Assembly (NCBI GenBank): GCA_026023565.1
Contig: JAPETS010000064.1
Coordinates: 62,001 to 104,663, forward strand
DNA from: Cirrosporium novae-zelandiae
Taxonomy: Eukaryota
DNA length: 42,663 nucleotides
Reading direction: 5' to 3'
Under the pieces are notes generated by a model, which was given only the letters and a program-made list of their open reading frames with translations, ran no database searches and was not told the origin of the DNA. The position numbers were made by a program, and so were the translations under genes. Positions 23,190-37,490 of the stretch are shown here, in pieces. Each line of letters begins with the position of its first letter. The first letter of the stretch is position 1.

Positions 23190-26100
23190 CGATATATCCG
23201 AATTATAAATAAAAATATTATAATATAATTATTATAAAAAATACGATATAACTATTATAATTCTAAAATCGATTATATAAATCGGAACGGATATAATATT
23301 ATTACAGAAACCTGGCCAAAAATTAAAAAAAAGAATATTATACCCGGTATAAGATTTTTATTGGTCTAAATTAAAGGCCCAAACGGGGAATAAAACCGCA
23401 AAAACGGTCATTACTATACGTAAAAACCAAAAAAATAACGTATTTAAAATAATTGTAAAAACCGATCTAATTAATTATTTTTATTTTGTGGCGCTGGATA
23501 TTAATATAATAAACGCAGGCGGAAAAATAGAAAACCCGGTCAAAATAATTAACGTCTACGACTAAAAATTGAAAAACGTATATTTTTAAAAATAAAACCG
23601 ATAATAAAAATCTAAAAAAATTTTATAAAATATAAAATAAAAATTTATTTTTAATAAAAATAAAATAATATTAATAAAAAGTTTTAATATTTATAATTTA
23701 ATATAGGAGCCCGAATAAATTATTTATATAGACGATGCGCCCCTAATAATATTTATAAAAAAATAAAATTTAATTATATAGAACGATACCGCCTAGAATA
23801 TTTAATTCAGAAAAAAATCGGTTTATTATTTAATAATTAATTTAATAATAATTAATCCCGTTATAAAATTATTTCAGAAATAATTAATAAACGCGATAAT
23901 TAATAACGTAAATAATAAATTAGGAATTAATTCAAATTACGTTTTTATTTAATTTAAATAAAAAAATTATCGCTTAAAAATAAATTAATTAATCCCGAAT
24001 TTATAGAATTTAAAATCGCTAAAAAATCTCTAATAATAAATTAAAACGAAATAAAAATAAAAATTCTAATTAATTATAAAAAATATATTAATTATAGATT
24101 ATATAGAAACGTAATTAAAAAACGAAATATAAAAAATTATTATTTAATTAAAAATTATTTTAAATAAATATATAAAATCTAAATAAATATACGTTTAATC
24201 GAAAACGTAATAAAATCCCGAATATATTATTAAAAAATACAAATATTATATAATATTTAAAAAAACGAAATAAAAACGCCGAATTTACGAAAAAATTAAA
24301 ATAATATTTAAAAAATTTATAAAATTAATTAAAATTAAAAAAAAAAAAAAATAAATTAATTTTTTTTAAATATATATAAAAAAAAACGATTTAAATAAAT
24401 TTTTAAATCCCGAAAATATTTAATAAAAATAAAAAATATTAAAATATTATAAATTTTAAAACCGAAATCCGACGCCGGCGTTTTATATAAAAAATAAGAA
24501 AATAACGATAGAAATTAAAAATAAAAAAATTTTTATACGGGAACGAATATTCCCGTTATTTTTAAAAAACTCCGAATCCCGATTTCTGATAAAAAAAATA
24601 TTCGCCTAATAATTATTTAAAAAAACGATACGAAAAATATTATACGTATAAAATACAAATAAAATTTTAAAATACGACGGAATCTAATTTAAAACGCTCC
24701 GTATATTATAATAATAGAATTCCAATAAAATAACGGGGATAATCCGGTATTATTTCCGGTTAAAATATTATCCGACGTAATAAAAATATATCCGGGGAAT
24801 ATTATTATTTAAATTTGGACGAACCGATAAAATATTAATTAAAAATTATAAAATAATAAATTTATTATATTATTTAAATAAAATAATCGAAAAAATTATA
24901 ATAAACGCGTTAACGGATATATACGAAAATTTAAATAAATTATATAAAAATTAATTTAGATCGAAACATAACCGGAACGTAATTAATATATTTACGTATT
25001 TAATATATTGAATAAAAAAAAATTTAATCGAAAATAAATAATTTATATTTTATTTATAAATATTAAAAAAATATTTAATTATATATTAAAATTTAAATTA
25101 ATTTAATATTTAAAATAATTAAAAATCGATAAAAATATTATTAAATAAATAATTAGTTTTATAATTTAACGAAACGTTGAATTAATAATCGACAGAAAAA
25201 TACAATCCCGAATTAATATAGAAATAAAAATATTATAGAGATTATTTATATTCCTAATATTATTTCTAATATATTGCAGTGGGCTATTCGCAGCCGTAAA
25301 ATAAACGGTTTTTAGAATTAAAATTTTATTATTCGTGGACGACGTAAATTTCTCGATTATTTATATAAATAATAAATAAATCGGAAAAATTATTTAATAA
25401 ATAACGAAAACGGCAGTTTAATAAAAAAAAAAAAATAAATTAAAATTTAATATTTAAAAAACCGAAATTATAATTTTTTTTAAATTATATAAATATTAAA
25501 TTTAAATAAATATTAAATTGAAAATTAAAATTAATAATTATTCGATTGAATATAAAACGGATTATATACGATAATTAAACGTATAATTAAATCCGAAATT
25601 TAATTTCTAAATTTATTACGTTTAACGTTTAATTAAAACCAGATACGCGGAAAAAATAATTAAATATATTTATTACCGAAACGGATTATTTATAAAATTT
25701 ATACGTTAAATAATCGTAATAATTATAATATTAATTTATATATACGGGTATAAAATCTAATAAAAAAGGCAGATCGGGTATCAAATAGAATTTTAAAAAT
25801 TATTGAATAAATTCGTAAAACTAGTAATAGAGGTTTATAAAATAATCCCGATAATAGCGGTTATATAGAAAATCTGTATATATCCCGTAAACGTAATACT
25901 AAATACCGCGCAGAAAAAATATAGATTTCGGTATTTTTAAAAAACCGAAAAAAATCTAACGAATCTAATATTACCGATAACGTTCAGAATAAAAAACGTA
26001 AACGTTTAATTAAAAAAATAACCGCTGTAAAATTGTGAAGGCAGCGCTTAATACAGGCAGTGTGGTAGACTAGTGAGACAAAGGAATATATAACTAATAG

Positions 26101-27500
26101 GTATAACGTGCTATTCGCATGCAAGACGCAAGTAATGATGATAGCTTTCGAAGTGCTCCTTCTGTAGATACAAAAGTCGAACGCTGCTTTGATGAATCAA
26201 GCAACGTTCTCCTACATAAAGGTTTGGCCACGCGCCAAGCCTCGCCTATGCGCCTACGAAGCGCATATACTTGGCACGCCGTTACAAAAATCTCTAATAA
26301 ATCCAAAAAACCAAAAAAAATACGTTAGGCCAATATTTAATTATAACGATAATCTAAAAAATAATAAATCCGGGCTTTAAAATCGAAAAAATCCAAATAA
26401 TCGAAAAAAATAGGTTTTTAGAAAAAATAATAATATTTTTAAAATAATAGGCCTTCAGCGAAACGTTAGCGTAAAACTGGAAAAACGTATATTGATCGAA
26501 CGGATTTAGGCTAGAAAACCGCAAGATAGAGGCGGGAATAATCTAGAAAATAGCCGAAAAAACCCCGTAGATAATACAGAAATACCACCTAAATCAAAAT
26601 AAGGAGGTATTCGATATAAAGTTTTAGAGGGCGTAGGCGGCCTTAAAAATAGCGGTTAAAATATATTTAAATAATTATAAAATTCTTAAAAAAAAAATAA
26701 TAATATTATTTGATTCGTAAATAGCTATCAAACGGATCGAAAAAAAAAAATTAAAAAAAAACTAAATAATCGTATAAAAAATATACGAATATATTAAATA
26801 TTTAATCGATTAAAAAACGAAAATCATTATTAAATAAATTTTAAAATATTATAAAATATTAAAAAACGAAATAATAAATTAAATAATTAAAATAAATATA
26901 ACGTTAAAAAATAATAAAATAATCGAATAAATTTCGTTAATTTATATAATCCGTAATATAACGGAAAAACGGATTATAAAAATATATAATTAATTATATA
27001 ATTAAAAAATAAAAAAATCGTCCGATAAATTTTATTAAATATATTTAAAATATAAAAAAAATCGGATATTAAAATATACGTTTAAAAAATTAATAAATAA
27101 ATTTTATTAAATAAAAATAGGATACGCCGTTATCAGGGAATATATATATCGTACGAAAATTATTATTATCCCAGAATATTAGTAATACGGGATTTTATAT
27201 TAAAATATTTTTTATTTAATATTAATATATCCGCGCTAGAAAACGGTTAGAGCCCGTTTACGGAAAATAATAAAAAAATAGAGAAATTAATAGCCTAATA
27301 TAACCGATAAAAAAAAACTGGTATTCGTATTAAAAAACCGAAGATTTTTTAAAAATTAGATACGTTTTTTAGATAATACGGAAATAAAAAAATCTTAATA
27401 TTAGATTAGATACGAAACGGAAAATCGTAAAATATATTTAGATTAGGGATAGATAGAATCCGGATACGGGGGGGAAAACGACCCAGAAATAAATATTAGA
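23190..27500 (+). pseudogene. LINE ORF2: APE endonuclease - reverse transcriptase - RNase H - CCHC finger; boundaries approximate
   Basis: Motifs are ITETW at about 23300, IINVYD at about 23545, FVDD (TTCGTGGACGAC) at 25332 and an RNase H SDG-like motif at about 26495. PE(CWWC)G...CPR lies at about 27171-27240, and an intact GSDH is seen in sister copy O. Confidence 0.9.
26034..26286. mobile_element. Solo LTR, 253 bp, not RIPed, with a 5-bp TSD
   Basis: Termini are TGTGA...TTACA, with AAAAT at 26029-26033 and 26287-26291. The empty site is seen in sister copies, e.g. about 36090. Confidence 0.9.
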
Positions 27501-27827
27501 TAAAAATTAGATCCGTAATAAAAACGCGGGATAAGCGTATACGTAAATAAAAACTGAAAAAATCGAAAATAAATACGAATAAATTTATTTATAAATTACA
27601 AACACCGAAATAACGTTAAAAAATTATTCGGTTAAATAAATTAAGTAATTCTAAAAAATCTAAAAAAAGGGGGAAACTATATAACCGAATTAAAAAAGTA
27701 ATCCCTATTATTATAATTAAAAATAAGCCCGAAAAAAAATATAAAAAAACCTAAAAACCCTTAAATAGAATCCGTTATAGTTTCTAAGCGATATATGGAT
27801 ATAAAACAATGAATAATCATTATCATC

Positions 27828-28705
27828 ATATCTGATTATTTTTTCCGCGTGCCTGGCTTTAGTTAGGCGCTAGGCGTAATAGATTTAGAAATTAAATTTC
27901 GGATTTAATTATACGTTTAATTATCGTACGAAATCCGTTTTATATTCGATTGGGTAATTATTAATTCTAATTTTCGGTTTAATATTTATTTAAATTTAAT
28001 ATTTACGTAATTTAAAAAAAACTATAATCTCGATTTTTTGGGCGTCGAATTTTAGTTTATTTTTTTTTTTTTATTGAACCGCCGTTTTCGTTATTTATTA
28101 AATAATTTTTCGGGCTTGTTTATTATCTATATAAATAATCGAAAAATTTACGTCGTTCACGAATAATAGAATTTTGATTCTAAAAACCGTTTATTTTACG
28201 GCTGCGAATAGCCCGCTGCAATATATTAGGAATAATATTAAGGATATAAATGATTTTTATAGTATCCCCGTTTTTATATTAATTCGGGGTTATATTTTTC
28301 CGTCGATCATTAATTCGACGTTTTATTAGATTGTAAAATTGATTATTTATTTAATAATATTTTTATCGATTTTTAATTATTTTAAATATTGAATTAATTT
28401 GAATTTTAATATATAATTAAACGTTTTTCTAACGTTTATAAATAAAATATAAATTATTTATTTTCGATTAAATTTTTTTTATTCGGTATATTAAATACGT
28501 AAACGTATCGATTACGTTCTAATTATATTTCGATCTAAATTAATTTTTATATAATTTATTTAGATTTTCGTATATATCCGTTAACGCGTCCGTTGTAATT
28601 TTTTCGATTATTTTATTTAAATAGTATAATAGGTTTATCACCCTATAATTTTTAACCAATGTTTTATCGGCTCGTCCGGGTTTGAATAATAGTATCCCCC
28701 GGGCA
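27828..28705 (-). mobile_element. Tad1-like LINE copy J, 5' part (RT core; 5'-truncated at about 28705)
   Basis: It continues J after the TSD and carries the reverse complement of the RT core, CGGCTGCGAATAGCCCGCTGC, at 28199. Confidence 0.9.
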
Positions 28706-30063
28706 TCCGATTTTTTTTTTATATTTCGGATATATTTAATAAAATTTATTAGACGATTTTTTTATTTTTTAATTATATAATTAATTATACGTTTTTATAA
28801 TCCGTTTTTCCGTTATATTATAAATTATATAAATTAACGAAATTTATTTGGTTATTTTATTATTTTTTAGCGTCGTATTTATTTTAGCCGTTTAATCTAT
28901 TATTTCGTTTTTTGCTATTCTATAATATTTTAGGATTTATTTAATAACGATTTTCGTTTTTTGATCGACCAGATATTTAGTATATTGGTATATTTTTTAT
29001 ATAATTATTTAGTTTTTTTTTAATTTTTTTTTTCGATCCGCCTGATAGCCGTTTGCGAATCAAATAATATTATTATTTTTTTTCCGGGAATTTTATAATT
29101 ATTTGGGTACGCCTTAATCGCTATTTATAAGGCCGTTTATATCCCCCAAAACTCTATATCGAATATCTTTTTATTTTGATTTAAATAATATTTCCGTATT
29201 ATTTATAAAAATTTTTCGGTTATTTTTTAGATTATTCCTGTTTTTATTTTACGGTTTTTTAATTTAAATTTATTTAATTAATATATATTTTTCTAGTTTT
29301 ATATTAATATTTCGCTAAAAATCTATTATTTTAGAAATATTATTATTTTTTTTAATTATTTAGATTTTTTCGATTTTAAAATTCGGATTTATTATTTTTT
29401 AGATTATTATTATAATTAAATATTAATTTAATATATTTTTTTTAATTTTTTAAATTTATTAAAAATCTTTTAATAATTATTTTTTTAATTAAATATTTAT
29501 ATTTTTTATTTTAAATATTATCGATAATATTAAATTCGTTAAATTTTTTTCGATTTTTTAAAAATATTAAAATTTATATTTTTTTTATATAATATTTAAT
29601 ATTATATTTATAAAATATATATAGATTTTTTATATAATCGTTATTATTAAAATTATTTTATAAATTTTTATTATTAATTTAATAAATTTATTTAATAATT
29701 TTTGAAATTCTATTTAATAATTAATTTATTTTTTTTATTAAATTTTATATTTATATATATAGATTAATATTATAATCGTTATAATTATCTGGCGTATAAA
29801 CCCTATAAATAGCCCGTTTCGGTAATATATATATTTAATTATATTTTCTATACGTCGGGTTTTAATTAACTGTTGAATGTAATAAATTTAAAATTTAAAT
29901 TTCGGATCTAATTATATATTTAATTATTATATATAATTTTTTTTATATTTGATTAAATAATTATCGATTTTAATTTTCAATTTAATATTTATTTAAATTT
30001 GGTATTTATATAATCTAAAAAAAAATATAATCTCAGTTTTTTAAATATCGAATTCTAGTTTAT
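28706..30063 (-). mobile_element. Tad1-like LINE copy L: internal fragment (RT thumb to RNase H), interrupted by copy M
   Basis: Its reverse complement is colinear with about 25435-27068, without the solo LTR. Confidence 0.88.
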
Positions 30064-31678
30064 TGATAATAATAATTATTCATTGTTTTATATCCACATA
30101 TTATTTAGAAACTATGACGGATTCTATTCGGGGGTTTTTAGATTTTTTCGTATCTTTTTTCGGGCTTATTTTTAGCTAAAATAGTGGGGGTTACTTTTCT
30201 GATTCGGTTATATAATTTCCCTTTTTTTTTAGATTTTCTAGAATTATCTGATTTATTTAATCGGATAATTTTTTAACGTTATTTCGGTATTCGTAACTTA
30301 TAAATAGGTTTATTCGTATTTATTTTCGATTTTTTCAATCTTTATTTATATATACGTTTATCCCACGTATTTATTACGAGCCCAGTTTTTATTTAATATT
30401 TATATTTAGGGGTTTTTTTTTTATATCCGGGTTCTATCCACTCTTAATCTAAATATATTTTACGATTTTTATTTTTATATTTGGTTTAGAACTAAAATTT
30501 CTTTATTTCCGTATTATTTAAAAAACGTATTCAATTTTTAAAAAATTTTCGGTTTTTTAATATAAATATTAATTTTTTTTTTTTAATTATATTAAATTAT
30601 TAATTTTTTTATTTTTTTATTATTTCCTGTAATTAGGTTTTAACTATTTTTTAATATGGATATATTAATATTAAATAAAAAACGTTTTAATATAAAATCT
30701 CGTATTATTAATATTCCGGAATAATAATAATTTTCGTACGGTATATATATTTTTTAATAACGGCGTATTTCGTTTTTATTTAATAAAGTCTATTTATTAA
30801 TTTTTTAAATATATATTCTAATACCCGATTTTTTTTATATTTCGGATATATTCGATATAATTTATCGGACGATTTTTTTATTTTTTAATTACGTAATTAA
30901 TTATATATTTTTATAATTTATTTTTCCGTTATATTACGGATTATATAAATTAACGAAATTTATTTAATTATTTTATTATTTTTTAATATTATATTTATTT
31001 TAATTATTTAATTTATTATTTTATTTTTTAATATTTTATAATATTTTAAAATTTATTTAATAATAATTTTCGTTTTTTAATTAATTAAATATTTAATATA
31101 TTTATATATTTTTTATATAATTATTTAATTTGTTTTTAATTTTTTTTTTTCGATCTATTTAATAATTATTTATATTTTTTAAAATTTTATATAAAATATT
31201 TTTTTATTTTAATTTAAATAATATTTTTATATTATTTCTAAAAATTTTTTAATTATTTTTTAAATTATTTTTATTTTTATTTTACGATTTTTTAATTTAA
31301 ATTTATTCGATTAATATACGTTTTTTTAATTTTATATTAATATTTCGTTAAAAATCTATTATTTTAAAAATATTATTATTTTTTTTAATTATTTAGATTT
31401 TTTTAATTTTAATATTTAAATTTATTATTTTTTAAATTATCGTTATAATTAAATATTAATTTAATATATTTTTTTTAATTTTTTAAATTTATTAAAAATT
31501 TTTTAATAATTATTTTTTTAATTAAATTTTTACGTTTTTTATTTTAAATATTATTAATAATATTAAATTCGTTAAATTTTTTTTTAATTTTTTAAAAATA
31601 CCGAAATCTATATTTTTTTTATGTAGTATTTAATATTACATTTATAGGATATATATAAATTTTTTATATAACCGCTGT
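30064..31678 (-). mobile_element. Tad1-like LINE copy M: 3' end through RNase H, interrupted by copy N
   Basis: The tail relic TGATAATAATAATTATTCATTG lies at 30064, and the copy is colinear with J up to AACCGCTGT at 31678. Confidence 0.9.
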
Positions 31679-31695
31679 GAAAAATAAACGAAACG

Positions 31696-33955
31696 CTTTT
31701 TAGTGACCCCACGCCACCAAATCAATTCATTATTATGACGACCGTTATACGAAATATTTAATATTTATTTAAAATCTATAAAATTTAGTAATAATAGAGA
31801 AATATCGGGAACTAAAAAAATACGTACCATTAATAAAAATTAAATAAATATAAAAAAACGATAATATTTAAAAAACGAATTAAATAAATTAAAATAAAAT
31901 TTTATAATAAAATTTAATAATTTAATATTATAATTTTTATTTTAAAAAAAAAACGATTAAACGAAAAAATATTATCGAAAAATTTTATAAAAAAAAATAA
32001 ATTTTAAAAAAAAAAAATTAATAATTAAAATATTTTAATTAAATAAATAATTAAATATATAATAATATATATATTTTTTATAATCAGAAAAAAAATATAT
32101 TAAATTTTAAAAATCGACGATTTTATAATATAATTATGGGAAATATTTTTCGATTTAAAAATCCGAATAATCGTTTTAAAAAAACGAAATAATAAAATTA
32201 TAAAAATTTAAAAAAAAATTAAAAAAAATTATATATAATTATATAAAAATTTTTAATAATTAAAAAAATAATTATAATAATAATTTAAATATTATAAATT
32301 TAAATAAAAATTATAAAAATTATATATAATAAAACCGAAAATTTTATAAATAAAAATTATATAATTTTAATAATTAAATCCGAATAAATAATAAAAAAAA
32401 AAAAAATAATATTTTTTTTAATAATATTCCGAATAAATATAATAACCGGATTATAAATATTTAATATATAATTAATAATATAAACGAATAAAAAAATTTA
32501 AAAAAATTTCTAATAAATAATAAAAATAATTAAATAAAAGATTTTATTATTAATATCGAAAACCCCGAAATAGATTTTTATAAAAATAATACCGGAATTT
32601 ACGGGATTTATTTATATTAAAATAATTAATAAAATAATAAATAAATCTAATAAAAAATAATAAATAATCAAATTTTATAAAAAAGAACGTATTAATTCCG
32701 CAAATAAAAATATAAAAACTGAAAATCAAAAAATACTGATTTTTAATAAAAAAAAAATTAAATATTCGGGTTTTACGGTATTAATAATAACGGCGATTAA
32801 CGTTAAATTAATTAATTTAAACGCACCACCTGAATTACGGGTACGGGAAACCTATATTAATAAAAAAAATAGTGGCGACTATAGTGTCAACCTACATGTA
32901 CAGGTGTGAGGTTTGATGGAGGGGGCAAACCGGCTATCAGGCAGAATTTCAAAAACTGCTGAATAGGTTTACCAGACTAGTAACGGGGGCCTATAAAACA
33001 ACCCCAATAGCAGCGATTATATAGAAAATCTATATATACCCCGCAAACGTAATACTAAATACCGCGCAAAAAAAATATAGATTTCGGTATTTCTAAAAAA
33101 TCGAAAAAAATTTAACGAATCTAATATTATTAATAATATTTAAAATAAAAAATATAAATATTTAATTAAAAAAATAACCATTAAAAAATTTTTAATAAAT
33201 TTAAAAAATTAAAAAAAAATATATCAAATTAATATTTAATTATAACGATAATCTAAAAAATAATAAATTTAAATTTTAAAATCGAAAAAATTTAAATAAC
33301 CGAAAAAAATAGATTTTTAAAAAAAATAATAATATTTTTAAAATAATAAATTTTTAACGAAATATTAATATAAAATTAGAAAAATATATATTAATCGAAC
33401 GAATCTAAATTAAAAAATTATAAAATAAAAATAAAAATAATTTAAAAAATAATCGAAAAAATTTTATAAATAATACGGAAATATTATTTAAATTAAAATA
33501 AAAAATTATTTTATATAAAATTTTAAAAAATATAAACAATTTTATAAATAATAATTAGAATATATTTAAATAATTATAAAATTCTTAAAAAAATAATAAT
33601 AATATTATTTAATTTGTAAATAATTATTAAATAAATCGAAAAAAAAAAATTAAAAAAAAAATTAAATAATTATATAAAAAATATATAAATATATTAAATA
33701 TTTAATCGATTAAAAAACGAAAATTATTATTAAATAAATTCTAAAATATTAAAAAATAAAATAATAAATTAAATAATTAAAATAAACGCGGTATTAAAAA
33801 ATAATAAAACGGCCGAATAAATTTCGTTAATTTATATAATTTATAATATAATAAAAAAATAAATTATAAAAACGTATAATTAATTATATAATTAAAAAAT
33901 AAAAAAATCGTTCGATAAATCGTATCGAATATATTTAAAATATAAAAAAAAATCG
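31696..33955 (+). mobile_element. Tad1-like LINE copy N: 5' end and ORF1 N-half joined at 32870 to late ORF2 (3.4-kb deletion or a nested 5'-truncated copy)
   Basis: It starts CTTTTTAGTGACCCCACGCCACC. At 32871 the sequence jumps to VATIVSTYMY(G)CEV(W)W. Confidence 0.88.
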
Positions 33956-36900
33956 AGGTAATGAATTAGGAACTGGTTCAGACCACGCCCTTATTCAATT
34001 CGAATGGGGGGGTCACCGCCCAAAAATAGGCCAGCCAACCCCGAATTCGTGGGATTTAAAGCCGCTGGAAGACCTTTAATAACAAACTAAAGCGAAACAA
34101 GAATAGGAGTTCTGGTTAATTACGAAAAATATATTAATCGCAGATTATACGGAAATATAATTAAAAAACGAGATATAAAAAATTATTATTTAATTAAAAA
34201 TTATTTTAAATAAATATATAAAATCTAAATGGATATACGTTTGATCGAAAACGTAATAAAATCCCGAATATACCGTTAAAAAACACGAATATTATATAAT
34301 ATTTAAAAAAACGTAATAAAAACGCCGAATTTATAAAAAAATTAAAATAATATTTAAAAAATTTATAAAATTAATTAAAATTAAAAAAAAAAAAAAAAAA
34401 ATCGATTTTTTTTAAATATATATAAAAAAAAAACGATTTAAATAAATTTTTAAATCCTGAAAATATTTAATAAAAATAAAAAATATTAAAATATTATAAA
34501 TTTTAAAATATTATAAATTTTAAAACCGAAATCTAACGTCGGCGTTCCGTATAAAAAACGGAAGAATAACAGTAGAAATTAAAAATAAAAAATTTTTTAT
34601 ACGGGAACGAATATTTCTATTATTTTTAAAAAATCCCGAACCCCGATTTCCGATAAAAAAAATATTCGTTCAATAATTATTTAAAAAAACGGTATAAAAA
34701 ATATTATATATACAAAATACGAATAAAATTTTAAAATACGACGGAATCTAATTTAGAGCGTTCCGTATATTATAAAAATAGGATCCCGGTAGAATAACGG
34801 AAATAATCCGGTATTATTTCCGGTTAAAATATTATTCGACGCAGTGAAAATATACCCAAAAAATATTATTATTTAAATCTGAACGAATTAATAAAATATT
34901 AATTAAACATTATAAAATAATAAATTTATTATATTATTTAAATAAAATAATCGAAAAAATTATAATAAACGCGTTAACGAATATATATAAAAATCTAAAT
35001 AAATTATATAAAAATTAATTTAAATCGAAATATAATCGGAACGTAATCGATACGTTTATATATTTAATATATTAAATAAAAAAATATTTAATCGAAAATA
35101 AATAATTTATATTTTATTTATAAATATTAGAAAAACGTTTAATTATATATTAAAATTCAAACTGATTTAATATTTAAAATAATTAAAAATCGATAAAAAT
35201 ATTATTAAATAAATAATTAATTTTATAATTTAACGAAACGTCGAATTAATAATCGATAGAAAAATATAACCCCGAATTAATATAGAAACGGGGGTGCCGT
35301 AAAAGTTATCCGTATCTCTAATATTATTCCTGATATATTGCAGCGGGTTATTCGCAGCCGTAGAATAAACGGTTTTTAAAATCAAAATTCTATTATTCGT
35401 GGACGACGTAAGTTTTTCGATCATTTATATAAATAATAAATAAATCCGAAAAATTATTTAATAAATAACGAAAACGGCGGTTTAATAAAAAAAAAAAATA
35501 AATTAAAATTCGATATTTAAAAAATCGAAATTATAATTTTTTTTAAATTATATAAATATTAAATTTAAATAAATATTAAATCGAAAATTAAAATTAATAA
35601 TTATTCGATCGAATATAAAACGGATTACGTACGATAATTAAATATATAATTAAATCCGAAATTCAATTTCTAAATTTATTACGCCTAATATCTAATTAAA
35701 ATCAAATACGCGGAAAAAATAATTAAATATATTTATTACCGAAACGGATTATTTACGGAATTTATATATTAAATAATTATAATAATTATAATATTAATTT
35801 ATATATATAAATATAAAATTTAATAAAAAAAACAGATCGAATATTAAATAAAATTTCAAAAATTATTAAATAAACTCGCAAAATTAATAATAAAAATCTA
35901 TAAAATAATCCCGATAATAATAATTATATAAAAAATTTATATATATCCCGTAAACTTAATATTAAATACCGTATAAAAAAAATATAGATTTCGATATTTT
36001 TAAAAAATCGAAAAAAATTTAACGAATCTAATATTATCGATAATATTTAAAATAAAAAATATAAATATTTAATTAAAAAAATAATTATTATAAAATTTTT
36101 AATAAGTTTAAAAAAATAAAAAAAATATATTAAATTAATATTTAATTATAATAATAATCTAAAAAATAATAAACCCGGATTTTAAAATCGAAAAAATCTA
36201 AATAATCGAAAAAAATAGATTTTTAAAAAAAATAATAATATTTCTAAAATAATAGGTTTTTAGCGAAATATTAATATAAAATTAGAAAAACGTATATTAA
36301 TCGAACGGATCTAAATTAAAAAACCGTAAAATAAAAACGGGAATAATCTAAAAAATAATCGAAAAAACCCCGTAAATAATACGGAAATATTATTTAAATT
36401 AAAATAAAAAAATATTCGATATAAAATTTTAGAGGGCGCAAACGGTTTTAGAAATAATAATTAAAATATATTTAAATAATTATAAAATCCCCGAAAAAAA
36501 AATAATAATATTATTTAATTCGTAAATAATTATTAAACGGATCGAAAAAAAAAAATTAAAAAAAAATTAAACGATTATATAAAAAATATACGAATATATT
36601 AAATATTTAATTAATTAAAAAACGAAAATCGTTATTAAATAAATTCTAAAATATTATAAAATATTAAAAAACGAAATAATAAATTAAATAATTAAAATAA
36701 ATATAATATTAAAAAATAATAAAATAATCGAATAAATTTCGTTAATTTATATAATCCGTAATATAACGGAAAAACGGATTATAAAAACGTATAATTAATT
36801 ATATAATTAAAAAATAAAAAAATCGTTCGATAAATTTTATCGAATATATTTAAAATATAAAAAAAATCGGATATTAAAATACGCGTCTAAAAAATTAATA

Positions 36901-37260
36901 AATAAATTTTATTAAATAAAAACAGAATATACCGTTACCGAAAAATATATATATTATACGAAAATTATTATTATTCCAGAATATTAATAATACGGGATTT
37001 TATATTAAAATATTTTTTATTTAATATTAATATATCCGCGCTAAAAAACGATTAAAACCCGTTTATAAAAAATAATAAAATAATAAAAAAATTAATAATC
37101 TAATATAATCGATAAAAAAAAACTAATATTCGTATTAAAAAACCGAAAATTTTTTAAAAATTAAATACGTTTTTTAAATGATACGGAAATAAAGAAACCT
37201 TAATACTAAATTAAATACAAAACGGAAAATCGTAATACGTATCTAGATTAAAAATAGGTA
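33956..37260 (+). mobile_element. Tad1-like LINE copy O: 5'-truncated in the endonuclease, cut near its 3' end by the gypsy element
   Basis: It reads NELGTGSDHALIQFEW at 33960-34007 (APE SDH motif) and FVDD at about 35396, and stops at AGGTA 37260. Confidence 0.92.
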
Positions 37261-37490
37261 TATCAAAATTAGGGCTCTAATAGTATAAATAGCGATACGG
37301 ATAAATAATATATTTATATCGTAATAATATTATAATAATAATACTCGAAATAATATAAAATTAAAAATTAATTTTTTTTAATTTTTTTTTTATTTTTTAT
37401 ATAAATTTTTTTATTTAATGTTTTTTTTTTTTCGATAATCGTAGCGTTATTTTTTTATTTTCGTTCTATTTTCAATTTTTAAATATAATA
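37261..37490 (-). repeat. Putative 3' LTR of the gypsy element
   Basis: It starts TATCA exactly where LINE O breaks and ends TAATA, the RIPed form of TGTCA...TGACA. A T-run consistent with a RIPed minus-strand PPT follows. The second LTR is outside the window. Confidence 0.5.

Larger units (their letters stand above)
21168..27827 (+). mobile_element. Full-length (about 6.4 kb without the nested LTR) RIP-inactivated Tad1-clade LINE, copy K
   Basis: It starts CTTTTTGGTGACCCCGCGCCACC and ends AATGAATAATCATTATCATC. The TSD is ATATCTGATT(G/A)T at 21103-21114 and 27828-27839, and the ORF1 and ORF2 domain order is complete. Confidence 0.95.

Noticed and set aside
25332..25343. FVDD instead of YxDD as a novel RT active site
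   Set aside because: F at this position is a known variant among non-LTR RTs, so it is not unusual on its own.
26094..26380. Three overlapping short ORFs
   Set aside because: They are open only because the solo LTR is GC-balanced. They cross the LTR/LINE junction and show no motifs.
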